Assembly (NCBI RefSeq): GCF_030013205.1
Contig: NZ_CP122648.1
Length of the DNA: 64,000 bases
Strand: one strand, 5' to 3'
Source: Escherichia coli
GTDB lineage: Bacteria; Pseudomonadota; Gammaproteobacteria; Enterobacterales; Enterobacteriaceae
Below, one piece after another: positions 51,536-64,000 of this stretch. A program made the position numbers and the translations under genes. How positions within the stretch are numbered: the stretch's first letter is position 1; each line of letters opens with the position of its first letter. The notes beneath the pieces are model-generated. The model ran no database searches and was not told the DNA's origin. It saw only the letters and a program-made list of their open reading frames with translations.

Positions 51536-54196
51536 TCATGATTCCTCGCGCTGGGCAAGATTTAGCGTAAGCCCAACGATCCCCTCTTCGAGCTGGATAT
51601 CAACGTTAAACCCGAGCTTGCGGGCCAGCGCCACCATGCCACGATTGTTTGGCATCGTAATACCATTCAGACGTTGCAGTCCGTGATCTCGCGTATAGGT
51701 AATCAACTTTTCCATTAAGCGTCGACCTAAGCCTAACCCTTTGAGATCCGAGCGAACCAGCACGGCAAATTCGGCATCGATGTTATCAGGGTCGGAGATC
51801 GCACGCGTGACGCCGAGGATCTCTTCCGTTTGTTCAATACGTCGTACTGCTACAAACGCCATTTCCCGATCGTAGTCGATCTGCGTCATGTTGGCTAAAT
51901 CTTCATGGGTAAATTCGTTGATCTCGCTAAAGTAGCGGTAATAAAGATCTTCTTTGGTGACTCGCGAAATGAACTGCTGAAGTTGTGGCTCATCTTCTGG
52001 CAAAATCGGGCGGAACAAGCAGCGTTCACCGTTTTTCAATTCTACCCATTCTTCCAGCTGATGCGGATAAGGGCGCACTGCCAGCCGGCTCTCGTTATCG
52101 CCTTCAAACGGCGCGATATCCAGCGTGACATCCAGCGCGGTAAATTCACTGCCAGAAGCCAGCAAAGGATGAATGTCCAGACGTTGAATTTCCGGGCAAT
52201 CGACAATCAAGTTGGAAACCTGCACCAGAAGCTGGCTCAAGCCTGCAACATCCAATGGGCGTAGCGCACTGCGCGCACGAATCTTTTTACTTTTGATCCC
52301 CTGAATAACCAGATAGCGGGCCAGGTTCATGTTTAGCGGCGGTAGTGCGACGACGGCTTGATCTTCAGGACGCCACTCCACACCGCCTTCGCCCAGCATG
52401 ATCAACGGCCCGAAAACCGGATCGTGCTCAACCACAACCCGCAACTCCTGAGCGCCAGCACGGTTAGCCATACTTTGCACCAACAGGCCGTGGATCCGCG
52501 CCTGCGGCCAGGCCATTTTTACGCGATCGAAAATAGCGTTTGCCGCTTGCTGGACTTCATTAGCTGTACGCAGGTAGAGCATTACGCCCTGAACTTCCGA
52601 TTTATGTGGAATATCCGGCGAACGCAATTTCAGCGCCACCGGATAACCAATCTGTTCGGCAATATGCACCGCTTCGGTGCTATCGCTGGCAATCCAGGTG
52701 GGGAGCGTGTTCATGCCATACGCTTGCAGGATGGGCTGAACTTCATGGGTATCGAGCGACGTAGCCCCTTCGGCAATCGCCTGTTGCAACAGAAGATGTG
52801 CTTCTGCGGTATTGGAGGTCAGATTGCTGGGCAACGCCGGCGTTTCGCGTAGTTGCTTCTGATTACGTCGGTACTCCACCATATGCATAAAAGCAGTGAT
52901 GGTTCCTTCCGGCGTGCGATAGGTCGGCAGCCCGGCTTCACTGAATAATCGTCGTGCCTCTTGAGAGGAGTGCTCGCCGCACCAGTTCGTCAGCAGAGAA
53001 ACATACTTGCTGCGGGGATGATGCTTTACCGCTTCAATTAATACTTGCGCGCTTTCTGTTGCGGGAGCAGCGGCGCTGGGCGAATGAATAACCATCAGCG
53101 CATCAAAATCCTGGCTGTGGAGCAGAATGTCCAGCGTTTTGACATAATGCTCGCTGCTGGCGTCATCGCGTAGATCGAGCGGGTTAGAGATTGCCACATG
53201 TCCTGGCAGTGCATCGCGCAGTTTCTGGCAGGTTTCTTCGCTTAGCGTTGCCAGCTTGCCATTGCGTGACCATAAGGCATCCAGCGCCAGCGCGGCAGGC
53301 GCAGCACCGTTGCTGATAATCATCAACCGGTCGCCACGCAGCGGGCGCATATGGCTAAGGGTTTCCACCGCCGAAAACAGCTCGTGGGTGTCCTGTACCC
53401 GCAACAAACCGGCACGCTGAATAGCCGCATCCCACGCCGGATCCATTCCTGCCGTGGTGTTCAACAGACGTTGAGCCGCCGGGCTACGTCCGCTTTTAAT
53501 CACCAGAATCGGTTTATTGCGCGAGGCACTACGGGCCGCCGAAACAAAGCGTCGCGCGTCGCTTAACTGTTCGAGATAGAGCAGGATGGCGCTGGTTTTA
53601 CTGTCGCGCGCCAGATAGTCGAGCAATTCATCAACGTCGATATCCAGGCTGTCGCCGAGCGCAATAAAGTAGGAAAAGCCCATCTCACGCTGTTGCGCCC
53701 AGTCGAGGATGGTGTTGGAGACAGCAGCCGATTGCGAAATAAACGCCAGCTTGCCGCGTTTAATCGGCACAGGCGAAAAGCTGGCATTCAGACCTTGCCA
53801 GGGAGCCAGTAAGCCCAGACTGTTTGGTCCTAGCAGGCGCATGTTATGGCGCAGGGCGCAGGCGCGGAGATCTTCGTGTTGCGATGCCGGGGCGGAAAGA
53901 ATAATGCAGGTTTTACAGCCTTTCTCGCCGAGCTCTTCCAGAAGAGCAAGATTACGGCTGGCATTGGTACATAAAACCGCAAGGTCGGGTGTAAAGGGCA
54001 AGCTGGCAATATCCGGCCAGGCCAACACACCCAACACCGCTTTCCAGGCTGGCGTCACCGGGAGTACCGGTCCGTTAAAGCCTCCCGCCAGCAGGTTACG
54101 CATCATCAGGTAACCTGCTCGATTGGGTTTCATCGATGCGCCAATTACCGCAATCGATTTTGGTCGCAATAGTGCTTCCAGTCCTCGCTGACTCAT
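51536..54196 (-). CDS. patZ: Protein lysine acetyltransferase PatZ/Pka (YfiQ; acyl-CoA synthetase-like plus GNAT domains)
   Basis: 886-aa ORF MSQRGLEALLRPKSIAVIGASMKPNRAGYLMMRNLLAGGF... with C-terminal GNAT region. Confidence 0.95.
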   Translation of the reverse strand: MSQRGLEALLRPKSIAVIGASMKPNRAGYLMMRNLLAGGFNGPVLPVTPAWKAVLGVLAWPDIASLPFTPDLAVLCTNASRNLALLEELGEKGCKTCIILSAPASQHEDLRACALRHNMRLLGPNSLGLLAPWQGLNASFSPVPIKRGKLAFISQSAAVSNTILDWAQQREMGFSYFIALGDSLDIDVDELLDYLARDSKTSAILLYLEQLSDARRFVSAARSASRNKPILVIKSGRSPAAQRLLNTTAGMDPAWDAAIQRAGLLRVQDTHELFSAVETLSHMRPLRGDRLMIISNGAAPAALALDALWSRNGKLATLSEETCQKLRDALPGHVAISNPLDLRDDASSEHYVKTLDILLHSQDFDALMVIHSPSAAAPATESAQVLIEAVKHHPRSKYVSLLTNWCGEHSSQEARRLFSEAGLPTYRTPEGTITAFMHMVEYRRNQKQLRETPALPSNLTSNTAEAHLLLQQAIAEGATSLDTHEVQPILQAYGMNTLPTWIASDSTEAVHIAEQIGYPVALKLRSPDIPHKSEVQGVMLYLRTANEVQQAANAIFDRVKMAWPQARIHGLLVQSMANRAGAQELRVVVEHDPVFGPLIMLGEGGVEWRPEDQAVVALPPLNMNLARYLVIQGIKSKKIRARSALRPLDVAGLSQLLVQVSNLIVDCPEIQRLDIHPLLASGSEFTALDVTLDIAPFEGDNESRLAVRPYPHQLEEWVELKNGERCLFRPILPEDEPQLQQFISRVTKEDLYYRYFSEINEFTHEDLANMTQIDYDREMAFVAVRRIEQTEEILGVTRAISDPDNIDAEFAVLVRSDLKGLGLGRRLMEKLITYTRDHGLQRLNGITMPNNRGMVALARKLGFNVDIQLEEGIVGLTLNLAQREES

Positions 54197-54227
54197 ACCG
54201 GTCTCCCGCAGAAGTGACCGAATGATT

Positions 54228-54926
54228 TTAAACGCTTTCTAACTGTTCTGCTGTGATGCTACCCAGATGTTGCGTTTTTCCTGCCAGATAGCGTGTTTTA
54301 AAGCGGGTAAAATGCTCGCCTAACCCTGCCGCCGCCCCGGTATCGCCGGCCATATCTAACAGTGCGATGGCTACCTCGGCAGTACAATATTGACCTTCAG
54401 CCTGGGCTTCACGCAGGCGATAGGCAGAAAGCCGGGAAAGATCGACGGAAATGACGGGAAGATTATCCAGATACGGACTTTTACGAAACATCTTGCGAGC
54501 TTCAGGCCAGGTACCATCGAGCATGATAAATAGCGGAGGCTTACCGGCAGGTGGTGTGAAGATCACTTCCCGTTGCTCATCAGCATACGAGGCGGGAAAG
54601 ACCACCATTGGCTGATAGTCCGGGCTTTGTACCAGATCCAGCAAATCTAGCGAGGGTTCGGTACGCGACCATTGAAACGCAACGGTATCAGGCAAAATAT
54701 CAGCAATCAGACGCCCGGTATTACTGGGCTTCATTGGCTCGGTGTCGAACATCAGCAAACAGAAGCGACTTTTTGCTTGCGCTGGGGTAATTGTCGAACA
54801 GAGACATAATTTCTCTGGCAAAAGACAGCGTTGGCAGCGACGAACGCGATTTCCGCGGGCAAGAAAAGGACGTGTTGCGCGCGCAATACGCTCGGCGCGT
54901 AACTGGAGAACAGCGTTTTCGGTCAT
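54228..54926 (-). CDS. yfiP: tRNA-uridine aminocarboxypropyltransferase YfiP (TapT)
   Basis: MTENAVLQLRAERIARATRPFLARGNRVRRCQRCLLPEKLCLC...; start at internal Met of ORF 54228..54977. Confidence 0.85.
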   Translation of the reverse strand: MTENAVLQLRAERIARATRPFLARGNRVRRCQRCLLPEKLCLCSTITPAQAKSRFCLLMFDTEPMKPSNTGRLIADILPDTVAFQWSRTEPSLDLLDLVQSPDYQPMVVFPASYADEQREVIFTPPAGKPPLFIMLDGTWPEARKMFRKSPYLDNLPVISVDLSRLSAYRLREAQAEGQYCTAEVAIALLDMAGDTGAAAGLGEHFTRFKTRYLAGKTQHLGSITAEQLESV

Positions 54927-54994
54927 AAGAGAGCGTCGAAAAAACGCCATTGTCGCAGAGGAGAAAACGGGGCACAAGATGCGCCCCGGTAAGA

Positions 54995-55414
54995 TTAAAG
55001 AGATTCGTTCAGCCAGCTATCAAACGGCGCTTTCGGTACTGCGCCATTAAGCATGTCGACAACCTGACCGTTTTTGAAAATCATGATCGTCGGTATACTA
55101 CGAATTCCAAAGCGACTGCTCAATTCACGTTCAGCTTCGGTATTCACTTTCACAAAGCGCACTTTACCGCTACGCTCTTGCGCGACATCTTCAAAAATTG
55201 GTGCGAAATTACGGCAGGGGCCGCACCACGGTGCCCAGAAGTCGATCACCACAGGTAGATCATCTTTCAGCAATTTGTCGAGCGTTTCACCGGTCGCATT
55301 AATCACCTCTCCGTCAAACAAGTCGTGACCGCAGCGTCCGCATTTTGCCGCATCTTCGATCCGATCGTCGGGAATGCGATTGATGGCCTGACAATGGGTA
55401 CAAACGGTATTCAT
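54995..55414 (-). CDS. trxC: Thioredoxin 2
   Basis: N-terminal zinc-finger (CTHCQ...CGRCG) plus WAPWCGPC active site. Confidence 0.95.
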
Positions 55415-55620
55415 AACTAACCTCGGGATGAGTAAGGAGACTTATCGGCAACGACGCCGGTATGTTTCTAATATGTTACATATTATCGGGGACATTGTTC
55501 CAGACAACAATCTGTTTTATTCAATAGGTATGATAGTCGCAGGCTTTGGTACGAAATCATGGCGAACCGCGCGGACTTCGGGTAATCTGCGCGCTTCGCG
55601 CAGCGCTGGTGGAGAAAAGC

Positions 55621-56658
55621 ATGAACGATGAAATGAAAGGTAAAAGCGGCAAGGTCAAAGTGATGTATGTCCGCAGTGATGATGATTCTGATAAACGTAC
55701 CCACAACCCGCGTACCGGGAAAGGGGGCGGGCGTCCAGGAAAATCTCGTGCTGACGGTGGCCGTCGCCCCGCCCGCGATGACAAACAGAGTCAGCCCCGT
55801 GACCGCAAGTGGGAAGAGTCGCCGTGGCGCACAGTTTCCCGCGCGCCGGGTGATGAGACGCCGGAAAAGGCCGATCACGGTGGCATCAGTGGTAAAAGTT
55901 TTATTGATCCGGAAGTTTTGCGTCGTCAGCGTGCGGAAGAAACCCGCGTCTACGGCGAAAATGCCTGTCAGGCACTGTTCCAGAGCCGTCCTGAAGCGAT
56001 TGTTCGCGCCTGGTTTATCCAGAGTGTAACGCCGCGTTTTAAAGAAGCCTTGCGCTGGATGGCAGCAAACCGCAAAGCGTACCATGTTGTGGATGAAGCG
56101 GAACTGACAAAAGCGTCAGGCACGGAACATCACGGCGGCGTTTGCTTCCTGATCAAAAAGCGTAATGGTACAACCGTGCAGCAGTGGGTAAGCCAGGCAG
56201 GCGCGCAGGATTGTGTACTGGCGCTGGAAAACGAATCTAACCCGCATAACCTGGGCGGCATGATGCGTAGCTGTGCGCACTTCGGCGTGAAAGGTGTTGT
56301 GGTGCAGGATGCAGCACTGCTGGAGTCTGGGGCGGCTATCCGTACCGCAGAAGGCGGCGCAGAGCACGTTCAGCCGATTACTGGCGACAACATTGTTAAC
56401 GTGCTGGATGATTTCCGTCAGGCGGGTTACACCGTAGTGACAATTTCCAGCGAGCAGGGTAAACCGCTGTTCAAAACCAGTCTGCCAGCGAAAATGGTGC
56501 TGGTGTTGGGTCAGGAATATGAAGGGTTACCGGATGCCGCACGCGATCCGAACGATTTGCGCGTGAAGATTGACGGTACTGGCAACGTTGCCGGGCTAAA
56601 TATCTCTGTCGCAACCGGCGTTTTACTTGGTGAATGGTGGCGTCAGAATAAAGCCTGA
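55621..56658 (+). CDS. yfiF: SpoU-family RNA 2'-O-methyltransferase YfiF
   Basis: [37 protein letters not shown]... with C-terminal SpoU/TrmH domain; start at internal Met of ORF 55546..56658. Confidence 0.85.
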   Translation: MNDEMKGKSGKVKVMYVRSDDDSDKRTHNPRTGKGGGRPGKSRADGGRRPARDDKQSQPRDRKWEESPWRTVSRAPGDETPEKADHGGISGKSFIDPEVLRRQRAEETRVYGENACQALFQSRPEAIVRAWFIQSVTPRFKEALRWMAANRKAYHVVDEAELTKASGTEHHGGVCFLIKKRNGTTVQQWVSQAGAQDCVLALENESNPHNLGGMMRSCAHFGVKGVVVQDAALLESGAAIRTAEGGAEHVQPITGDNIVNVLDDFRQAGYTVVTISSEQGKPLFKTSLPAKMVLVLGQEYEGLPDAARDPNDLRVKIDGTGNVAGLNISVATGVLLGEWWRQNKA

Positions 56659-56705
56659 TAAATCAGCCGGGTGGCAACGCTGCCATCCGGCGTTTTCCCG
56701 CAAAT

Positions 56706-57395
56706 TTACTCACTCTCTGCCGGTAATACTGGCATCCAGTCAATCGGCGTCTCGCCATGTTGTTCCAGCCACTGATTTGCCAGCACAAAATGGTTACAGC
56801 CAAAGAATCCACGATGCGCCGAAAGCGGTGACGGATGCGGTGCTTTCAGTACATGATGGCGTTGCTTATCTATAATCGCCCCTTTCTTTTGCGCATGTGA
56901 TCCCCACAACAAAAACACCACGCCTTCGCGGTGCTGGTTAATCAGGCTGATGACTTTATCAGTAAACGTCTCCCAACCGAGGCTGGCATGGGAATGCGCC
57001 TGACCTGCGCGAACCGTCAACACAGTATTGAGTAGCAGAACGCCCTGACGCGCCCAGCTTTCAAGATAACCATGATTAGGGCGGGTGAAACCGGGAATAG
57101 TATTTTCCAGCTCTTTATACATATTCAGCAGTGACGGCGGTGTCGCAATGCCGGGGCGAACGGAAAATGCCAGACCATGCGCCTGTCCCGGTCCGTGATA
57201 AGGATCCTGGCCGAGAATCACCACTTTAACGTCACCCAACTCGGTAAAGCGGAACGCGTTAAAGACATCTTTTTGTGGTGGATAGATAGTGACGCCGGAC
57301 TGCCGCTCGCTGGCGACGGTCTGTAGGGTATTAAGAAAATAGGGTTGTTGCTTCTCTTCAGCCAGCACGTCATGCCAGGTTAATTCGTTTGCCAT
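56706..57395 (-). CDS. ung: Uracil-DNA glycosylase
   Basis: [79 protein letters not shown]... Confidence 0.95.
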   Translation of the reverse strand: MANELTWHDVLAEEKQQPYFLNTLQTVASERQSGVTIYPPQKDVFNAFRFTELGDVKVVILGQDPYHGPGQAHGLAFSVRPGIATPPSLLNMYKELENTIPGFTRPNHGYLESWARQGVLLLNTVLTVRAGQAHSHASLGWETFTDKVISLINQHREGVVFLLWGSHAQKKGAIIDKQRHHVLKAPHPSPLSAHRGFFGCNHFVLANQWLEQHGETPIDWMPVLPAESE

Positions 57396-57699
57396 CTCGC
57401 TCTCCCGCGAATCTTCAATCCGCCTAGCTTAACTGCTTCTTTCTACAGAACAAAATCATGCTCATTTTTTAGACTTAAACGAGTGCAAAAAAATGTAAAT
57501 TGGTAAAATTTCACACCTGCATAAGTTGATGTAAAACAATAAAATCCATTTGCGACCATACTTGATGTGTGGTTTTTATTGATTTAAATCAAAGATTCAA
57601 GGGTGTTTGAGGAGTATATATACACTCAAGCAACAATGGTTTTACCAATTGGCCGCGACAGGCTGAACAAATCAAATAATTTTGCCGGGGAGGCATCAC

Positions 57700-58083
57700 A
57701 TGATTACAGGTATCCAGATTACTAAAGCCGCTAACGACGATCTGCTGAACTCTTTCTGGCTGCTGGACAGCGAAAAAGGCGAAGCGCGTTGCATCGTTGC
57801 GAAAGCAGGTTTTGCAGAAGACGAAGTGGTTGCAGTAAGCAAACTGGGTGACATTGAGTACCGTGAAGTTCCAGTAGAAGTGAAACCAGAAGTTCGCGTT
57901 GAAGGTGGTCAACACCTGAACGTAAACGTTCTGCGTCGTGAAACTCTGGAAGATGCAGTTAAGCATCCGGAAAAATATCCGCAGCTGACCATCCGTGTAT
58001 CCGGTTATGCAGTTCGCTTTAACTCTCTGACTCCGGAACAGCAGCGCGACGTTATCGCTCGTACCTTTACTGAAAGCCTGTAA
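57700..58083 (+). CDS. grcA: Autonomous glycyl radical cofactor GrcA (YfiD)
   Basis: [38 protein letters not shown]...[29 protein letters not shown]. Confidence 0.95.
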
Positions 58084-58137
58084 GGCTTAAGTAGCAAGTT
58101 ACTAAGCGGAAGAGGGCGACCTCTTCCGCTTTTTTCA

Positions 58138-58725
58138 TTAATAGAAAATGCGTACCGCGCAATAGACCAGCAGCAGCGCGAGCACTATATTTAACTGGCG
58201 ACCATACTGGCGAAACAATCGCTGAAACAGGTGCCCCGCCAGCGCCCAGCACACATTGCCAAACGTCCCAATCATCGCCAGCAAAACGCTGACGCCAATT
58301 ATCCAGCTTAGCGCCTGCGTTTGCGGCAGGACAAACGTCGACAGTGCTGTAATGCCATACAAAATGATTTTGACGTTCACAAACTGCAAAGCAAAGCTGG
58401 CCCAAAAACTGATTGGTTTTGTCTGAAGCCCATCTTCCTTTGTTGGACTGGTAGCGATTTTCCACGCCAGCCAGACAATATATGCCGCCCCCGCCCAACT
58501 CAACAGATGCACTGCTGCCGGGTCGATAACAGCCAGTGAAAACGAAATTCCCGCGCATAGCAACATGACGATTAAAAATCCCAGACTCATCCCTGCCAGC
58601 ACGCGAGTACTCTGACGAAATCCGTGCGTTGTAGCTGAGCTAAGGGCGAGAATATTGTTCGGTCCTGGCGTCATGGCGGTAATCAGGGTGTAAGTCCAAA
58701 AAGCACTTAAAAGGGTCGGTGTCAC
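58138..58725 (-). CDS. eamB: Cysteine/O-acetylserine exporter EamB (YfiK; RhtB/LysE family)
   Basis: 195-aa polytopic membrane protein MTPTLLSAFWTYTLITAMTPGPNNILALSSATTHGF... Confidence 0.9.
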   Translation of the reverse strand: MTPTLLSAFWTYTLITAMTPGPNNILALSSATTHGFRQSTRVLAGMSLGFLIVMLLCAGISFSLAVIDPAAVHLLSWAGAAYIVWLAWKIATSPTKEDGLQTKPISFWASFALQFVNVKIILYGITALSTFVLPQTQALSWIIGVSVLLAMIGTFGNVCWALAGHLFQRLFRQYGRQLNIVLALLLVYCAVRIFY

Positions 58726-58827
58726 TTGTTATCTCCTCTGTTTTGGTAGACAGTACCCGACACGGAACATTTAAAAAAATGAATGTTTTTACATTCTAAA
58801 TTCGATATTTTCGATAGGTTTGGGGTT

Positions 58828-59709
58828 ATGGATCTGCGCCGTTTTATTACGCTTAAAACCGTGGTGGAAGAGGGTTCCTTTTTGCGAGCTTCGCAAAAAT
58901 TGTGCTGCACACAATCGACGGTGACTTTTCATATTCAGCAGCTTGAGCAGGAGTTCTCAGTCCAGTTATTTGAGAAAATTGGTCGACGAATGTGCCTTAC
59001 CCGCGAAGGAAAAAAGCTGCTGCCGCACATTTATGAACTCACCAGAGTGATGGATACCCTTCGTGAGGCTGCCAAAAAAGAGTCGGATCCGGACGGGGAA
59101 CTACGCGTTGTTTCAGGCGAAACGTTGCTTTCTTACCGAATGCCGCAGGTGTTGCAGCGTTTTCGGCAACGCGCACCAAAAGTGCGTTTATCGTTGCAGT
59201 CTCTGAACTGTTACGTGATCCGTGATGCGCTACTGAATGATGAGGCTGATGTCGGCGTCTTTTACCGCGTAGGGAATGATGATGCTCTAAACCGACGAGA
59301 ATTGGGTGAGCAATCGCTGGTGCTGGTAGCTTCACCGCAAATTGCAGATGTCGATTTTACTGAGCCGGGAAGACATAACGCCTGTAGCTTTATTATCAAC
59401 GAACCGCAATGTGTATTCCGGCAGATATTTGAGAGCACGCTGCGCCAGCGGCGGATCACGGTGGAAAACACCATTGAGCTGTTAAGCATTGAAAGTATCA
59501 AACGTTGTGTCGCGGCGAATATCGGGGTCAGCTACCTGCCGCGCTTTGCGGTAGCAAAAGAATTGGCGAGCGGCGAGTTAATCGAATTGCCTTTTGGCGA
59601 ACAGTCGCAGACGATTACAGCAATGTGCGCACACCATGCTGGAAAAGCGGTTAGCCCGGCGATGCACACTTTTATTCAGTGTGTTGAAGAGTGTTTTTTG
59701 CCGGGATAA
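58828..59709 (+). CDS. yfiE: LysR-family transcriptional regulator YfiE
   Basis: MDLRRFITLKTVVEEGSFLRASQKLCCTQSTVTFHIQQLEQEF... HTH; start at internal Met of ORF 58783..59709. Confidence 0.85.
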   Translation: MDLRRFITLKTVVEEGSFLRASQKLCCTQSTVTFHIQQLEQEFSVQLFEKIGRRMCLTREGKKLLPHIYELTRVMDTLREAAKKESDPDGELRVVSGETLLSYRMPQVLQRFRQRAPKVRLSLQSLNCYVIRDALLNDEADVGVFYRVGNDDALNRRELGEQSLVLVASPQIADVDFTEPGRHNACSFIINEPQCVFRQIFESTLRQRRITVENTIELLSIESIKRCVAANIGVSYLPRFAVAKELASGELIELPFGEQSQTITAMCAHHAGKAVSPAMHTFIQCVEECFLPG

Positions 59710-59741
59710 AAATAATGCCGGGCTTAAACCCGGCATTGAAA

Positions 59742-61076
59742 TTACTCTTCTGTCGTTTGCGGAGGCACGCCCGTTCCGCTTGGTTTACGGCGCTTACCAA
59801 TATTTTTGGTGTCGCGATGGCGTTTTTTCACCCGCGGCTTCTCTTTCTCTTTAGCTTTTTTCTTCTCGGCACGTTTAGCCAGTACTTTCTTCGATGGCTT
59901 GCCGGTCTGCTTCTCGCTTGGTGCACGCGTTTTCGGGCGTAACTCATCAATTACGCGAGCTTTAATTGGCTCTTCAATATAACGGCCAACTTTGCCCAGC
60001 AGCAGATGGTCATGGGCTTCCACCAGCGAAATTGCGGTGCCTTTACGACCGGCGCGCGCGGTACGTCCGATACGGTGCAAATAAGTATCACCACTGCGCG
60101 GCATATCGAAGTTAAAGACGTGGCTGACATCAGGAATGTCGATACCGCGTGCAGCAACATCGGTGGCAACCAGTACGTTTACGCGGCCTTCGGTCAAACG
60201 CTTGATCGCTTCGTTACGCTTGCCTTGTACCATCTCACCTTCGAGATAGCAGTTGTTGATGCCCGCTTCGCGCAGCCAGTTTGCCAGCTCATGCACACGC
60301 TCACGCTTACGCACAAACACAATTGAGCGGGTCGCTTCCGGCTGTTTTAACAGATGCACCAGCAATGCGGTTTTATGTTCCAGGTCATCGGCGCGGTAAT
60401 ACCACTGATGAATTTTTTTGCGCTCACGGGTGGACGGATTGGCAGAAACCTCCACCGGATCTTCCAGCAGACGCTCGGCAAAGTCCTGAATCGCATCGCC
60501 TTCCAGAGTTGCCGAAAAGAGCAGGGTCTGTTTACGCCAGCGCGTTTCGCCAGCAATATGTTCGATATCCTGAGCGAAGCCCATATCCAGCATACGGTCT
60601 GCTTCGTCGAGGATCAGCGTTTCAACCGCGCGGCAATCGAAGTTCTCTTCTTTTATGTATTGCAGCAGACGTCCGGTCGTGGCGACCACGATGTCCTGAT
60701 TTTCGCTGAACACTTCTGCGTGGTTCATATAGGCTACGCCGCCGGTGATGGTGGCAATATCCAGATGCGTATGTTTCGCCAGTTCGCGGGCATGATCGGC
60801 TACCTGCATCGCCAGCTCGCGAGTTGGGGTGAGGATCAAAATACGCGGCGGACCGGATTTCTTACGTGGGAAATCGAGCAGGTGCTGCAACGCTGGCAGC
60901 AGATACGCCGCCGTTTTACCGGTGCCTGTCGGCGCAGAACCGAGTACATCACGGCCATCGAGCGCAGGCGGAATGGCGGCAGCCTGAATGGCGGTCGGGC
61001 GAGTGAAACCTTTATCCTGGAGGGCTTCCAGCAGGCTTTCGTCGAGTTCAAGTTCGGAAAAAGTCGTTACAGTCAT
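59742..61076 (-). CDS. srmB: ATP-dependent DEAD-box RNA helicase SrmB
   Basis: 444 aa with [14 protein letters not shown] and SAT motifs. Confidence 0.95.
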   Translation of the reverse strand: MTVTTFSELELDESLLEALQDKGFTRPTAIQAAAIPPALDGRDVLGSAPTGTGKTAAYLLPALQHLLDFPRKKSGPPRILILTPTRELAMQVADHARELAKHTHLDIATITGGVAYMNHAEVFSENQDIVVATTGRLLQYIKEENFDCRAVETLILDEADRMLDMGFAQDIEHIAGETRWRKQTLLFSATLEGDAIQDFAERLLEDPVEVSANPSTRERKKIHQWYYRADDLEHKTALLVHLLKQPEATRSIVFVRKRERVHELANWLREAGINNCYLEGEMVQGKRNEAIKRLTEGRVNVLVATDVAARGIDIPDVSHVFNFDMPRSGDTYLHRIGRTARAGRKGTAISLVEAHDHLLLGKVGRYIEEPIKARVIDELRPKTRAPSEKQTGKPSKKVLAKRAEKKKAKEKEKPRVKKRHRDTKNIGKRRKPSGTGVPPQTTEE

Positions 61077-61207
61077 GTTCTACCTCTGTGTGGGGCGCTG
61101 ATTATAGACGTTACGGCTGCAATCTTCATCTGTTTGTATGGATATCGCTTCTCGGGTATTGTTCTCACCCGGTGCTATCGCCGTTTTTCCTGCAAGGTTT
61201 TATTTTC

Positions 61208-63561
<2,354 letters not shown>

Positions 63562-63959
63562 TTAATTTACTAAACACGGTTTGGTCAGCATAGCATCATG
63601 TTGTGCGATTAAACACCTGCTATTTTAATATTTGTTACAGTGGCTAAACACGCTGACGCAGGGCGGCGAGAAAAAGAGAAGTTACTGGCTGGTGGAGGAT
63701 TAGGTGGTGAAATAAAAAGGCCGTTGGGTTACTCTTCAGGCAGTTAAATGGGCATTTCTACACAGATAATGCGATGTTCAGATTCTGTAGACTTATAATG
63801 ATAGATAATGATCCGTCTACAGCATGACAAACAAAAACAGATGCGTTACGGAACTTTACAAAAACGAGACACTCTAACCCTTTGCTTGCTCAAATTGCAG
63901 CTAATGGAGTGGCGTTTCGATAGCGCGTGGAAATTTGGTTTGGGGAGACTTTACCTCGG

Positions 63960-64000
63960 ATGAGCGAGCAGTTAACGGACCAGGTCCTGGTTGAACGGGT
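63960..64000 (+). CDS. rpoE: RNA polymerase sigma-E factor, first 13 codons only (runs off the window)
   Basis: atgagcgagcagttaacggaccaggtcctggttgaacgg encodes MSEQLTDQVLVER, the RpoE N-terminus; conserved divergent position next to nadB. Confidence 0.6.
   Translation, partial: MSEQLTDQVLVER

Overview
Enterobacterial (E. coli/Shigella-type) chromosome segment in which a ~34.7 kb P2-like prophage sits between pheL and raiA. The backbone is the familiar tyrA-pheA-pheL // raiA-bamD-rluD-yfiH-clpB-rrnG (16S, tRNA-Glu, 23S, 5S)-kgtP-yfiM-pssA-patZ-yfiP-trxC-yfiF-ung-grcA-eamB-yfiE-srmB-yfiC-nadB-rpoE block. The prophage (about 1933..36589) is bounded by a 27-bp direct repeat that corresponds to the raiA terminator. 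It is mosaic: P2-like integrase, C repressor, replication protein A and head genes (Q, P, O, N, M, L), but a tail module that is not syntenic with P2 and carries a lysis cassette, a frameshifted tail chaperone and two paralogous tail fibres. The most interesting cargo is (i) a plasmid-type ParM/ParR actin-like partition cassette with upstream palindromic repeats, followed by an AT-rich two-gene moron (unknown protein plus Rrf2-family regulator), all in the gpA-to-Q variable interval; (ii) a Mu mom-like regulatory unit (three clustered GATC sites, a Com-like zinc-finger gene overlapping the start of a DPPY amino-methyltransferase) at the right end; and (iii) a hok/sok-like type I toxin locus. 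kgtP carries two 1-bp deletions. All calls rest on reading the ORF translations and sequence motifs from memory of known families; no database search was possible, and the recalled reference sequences used for comparison are approximate.
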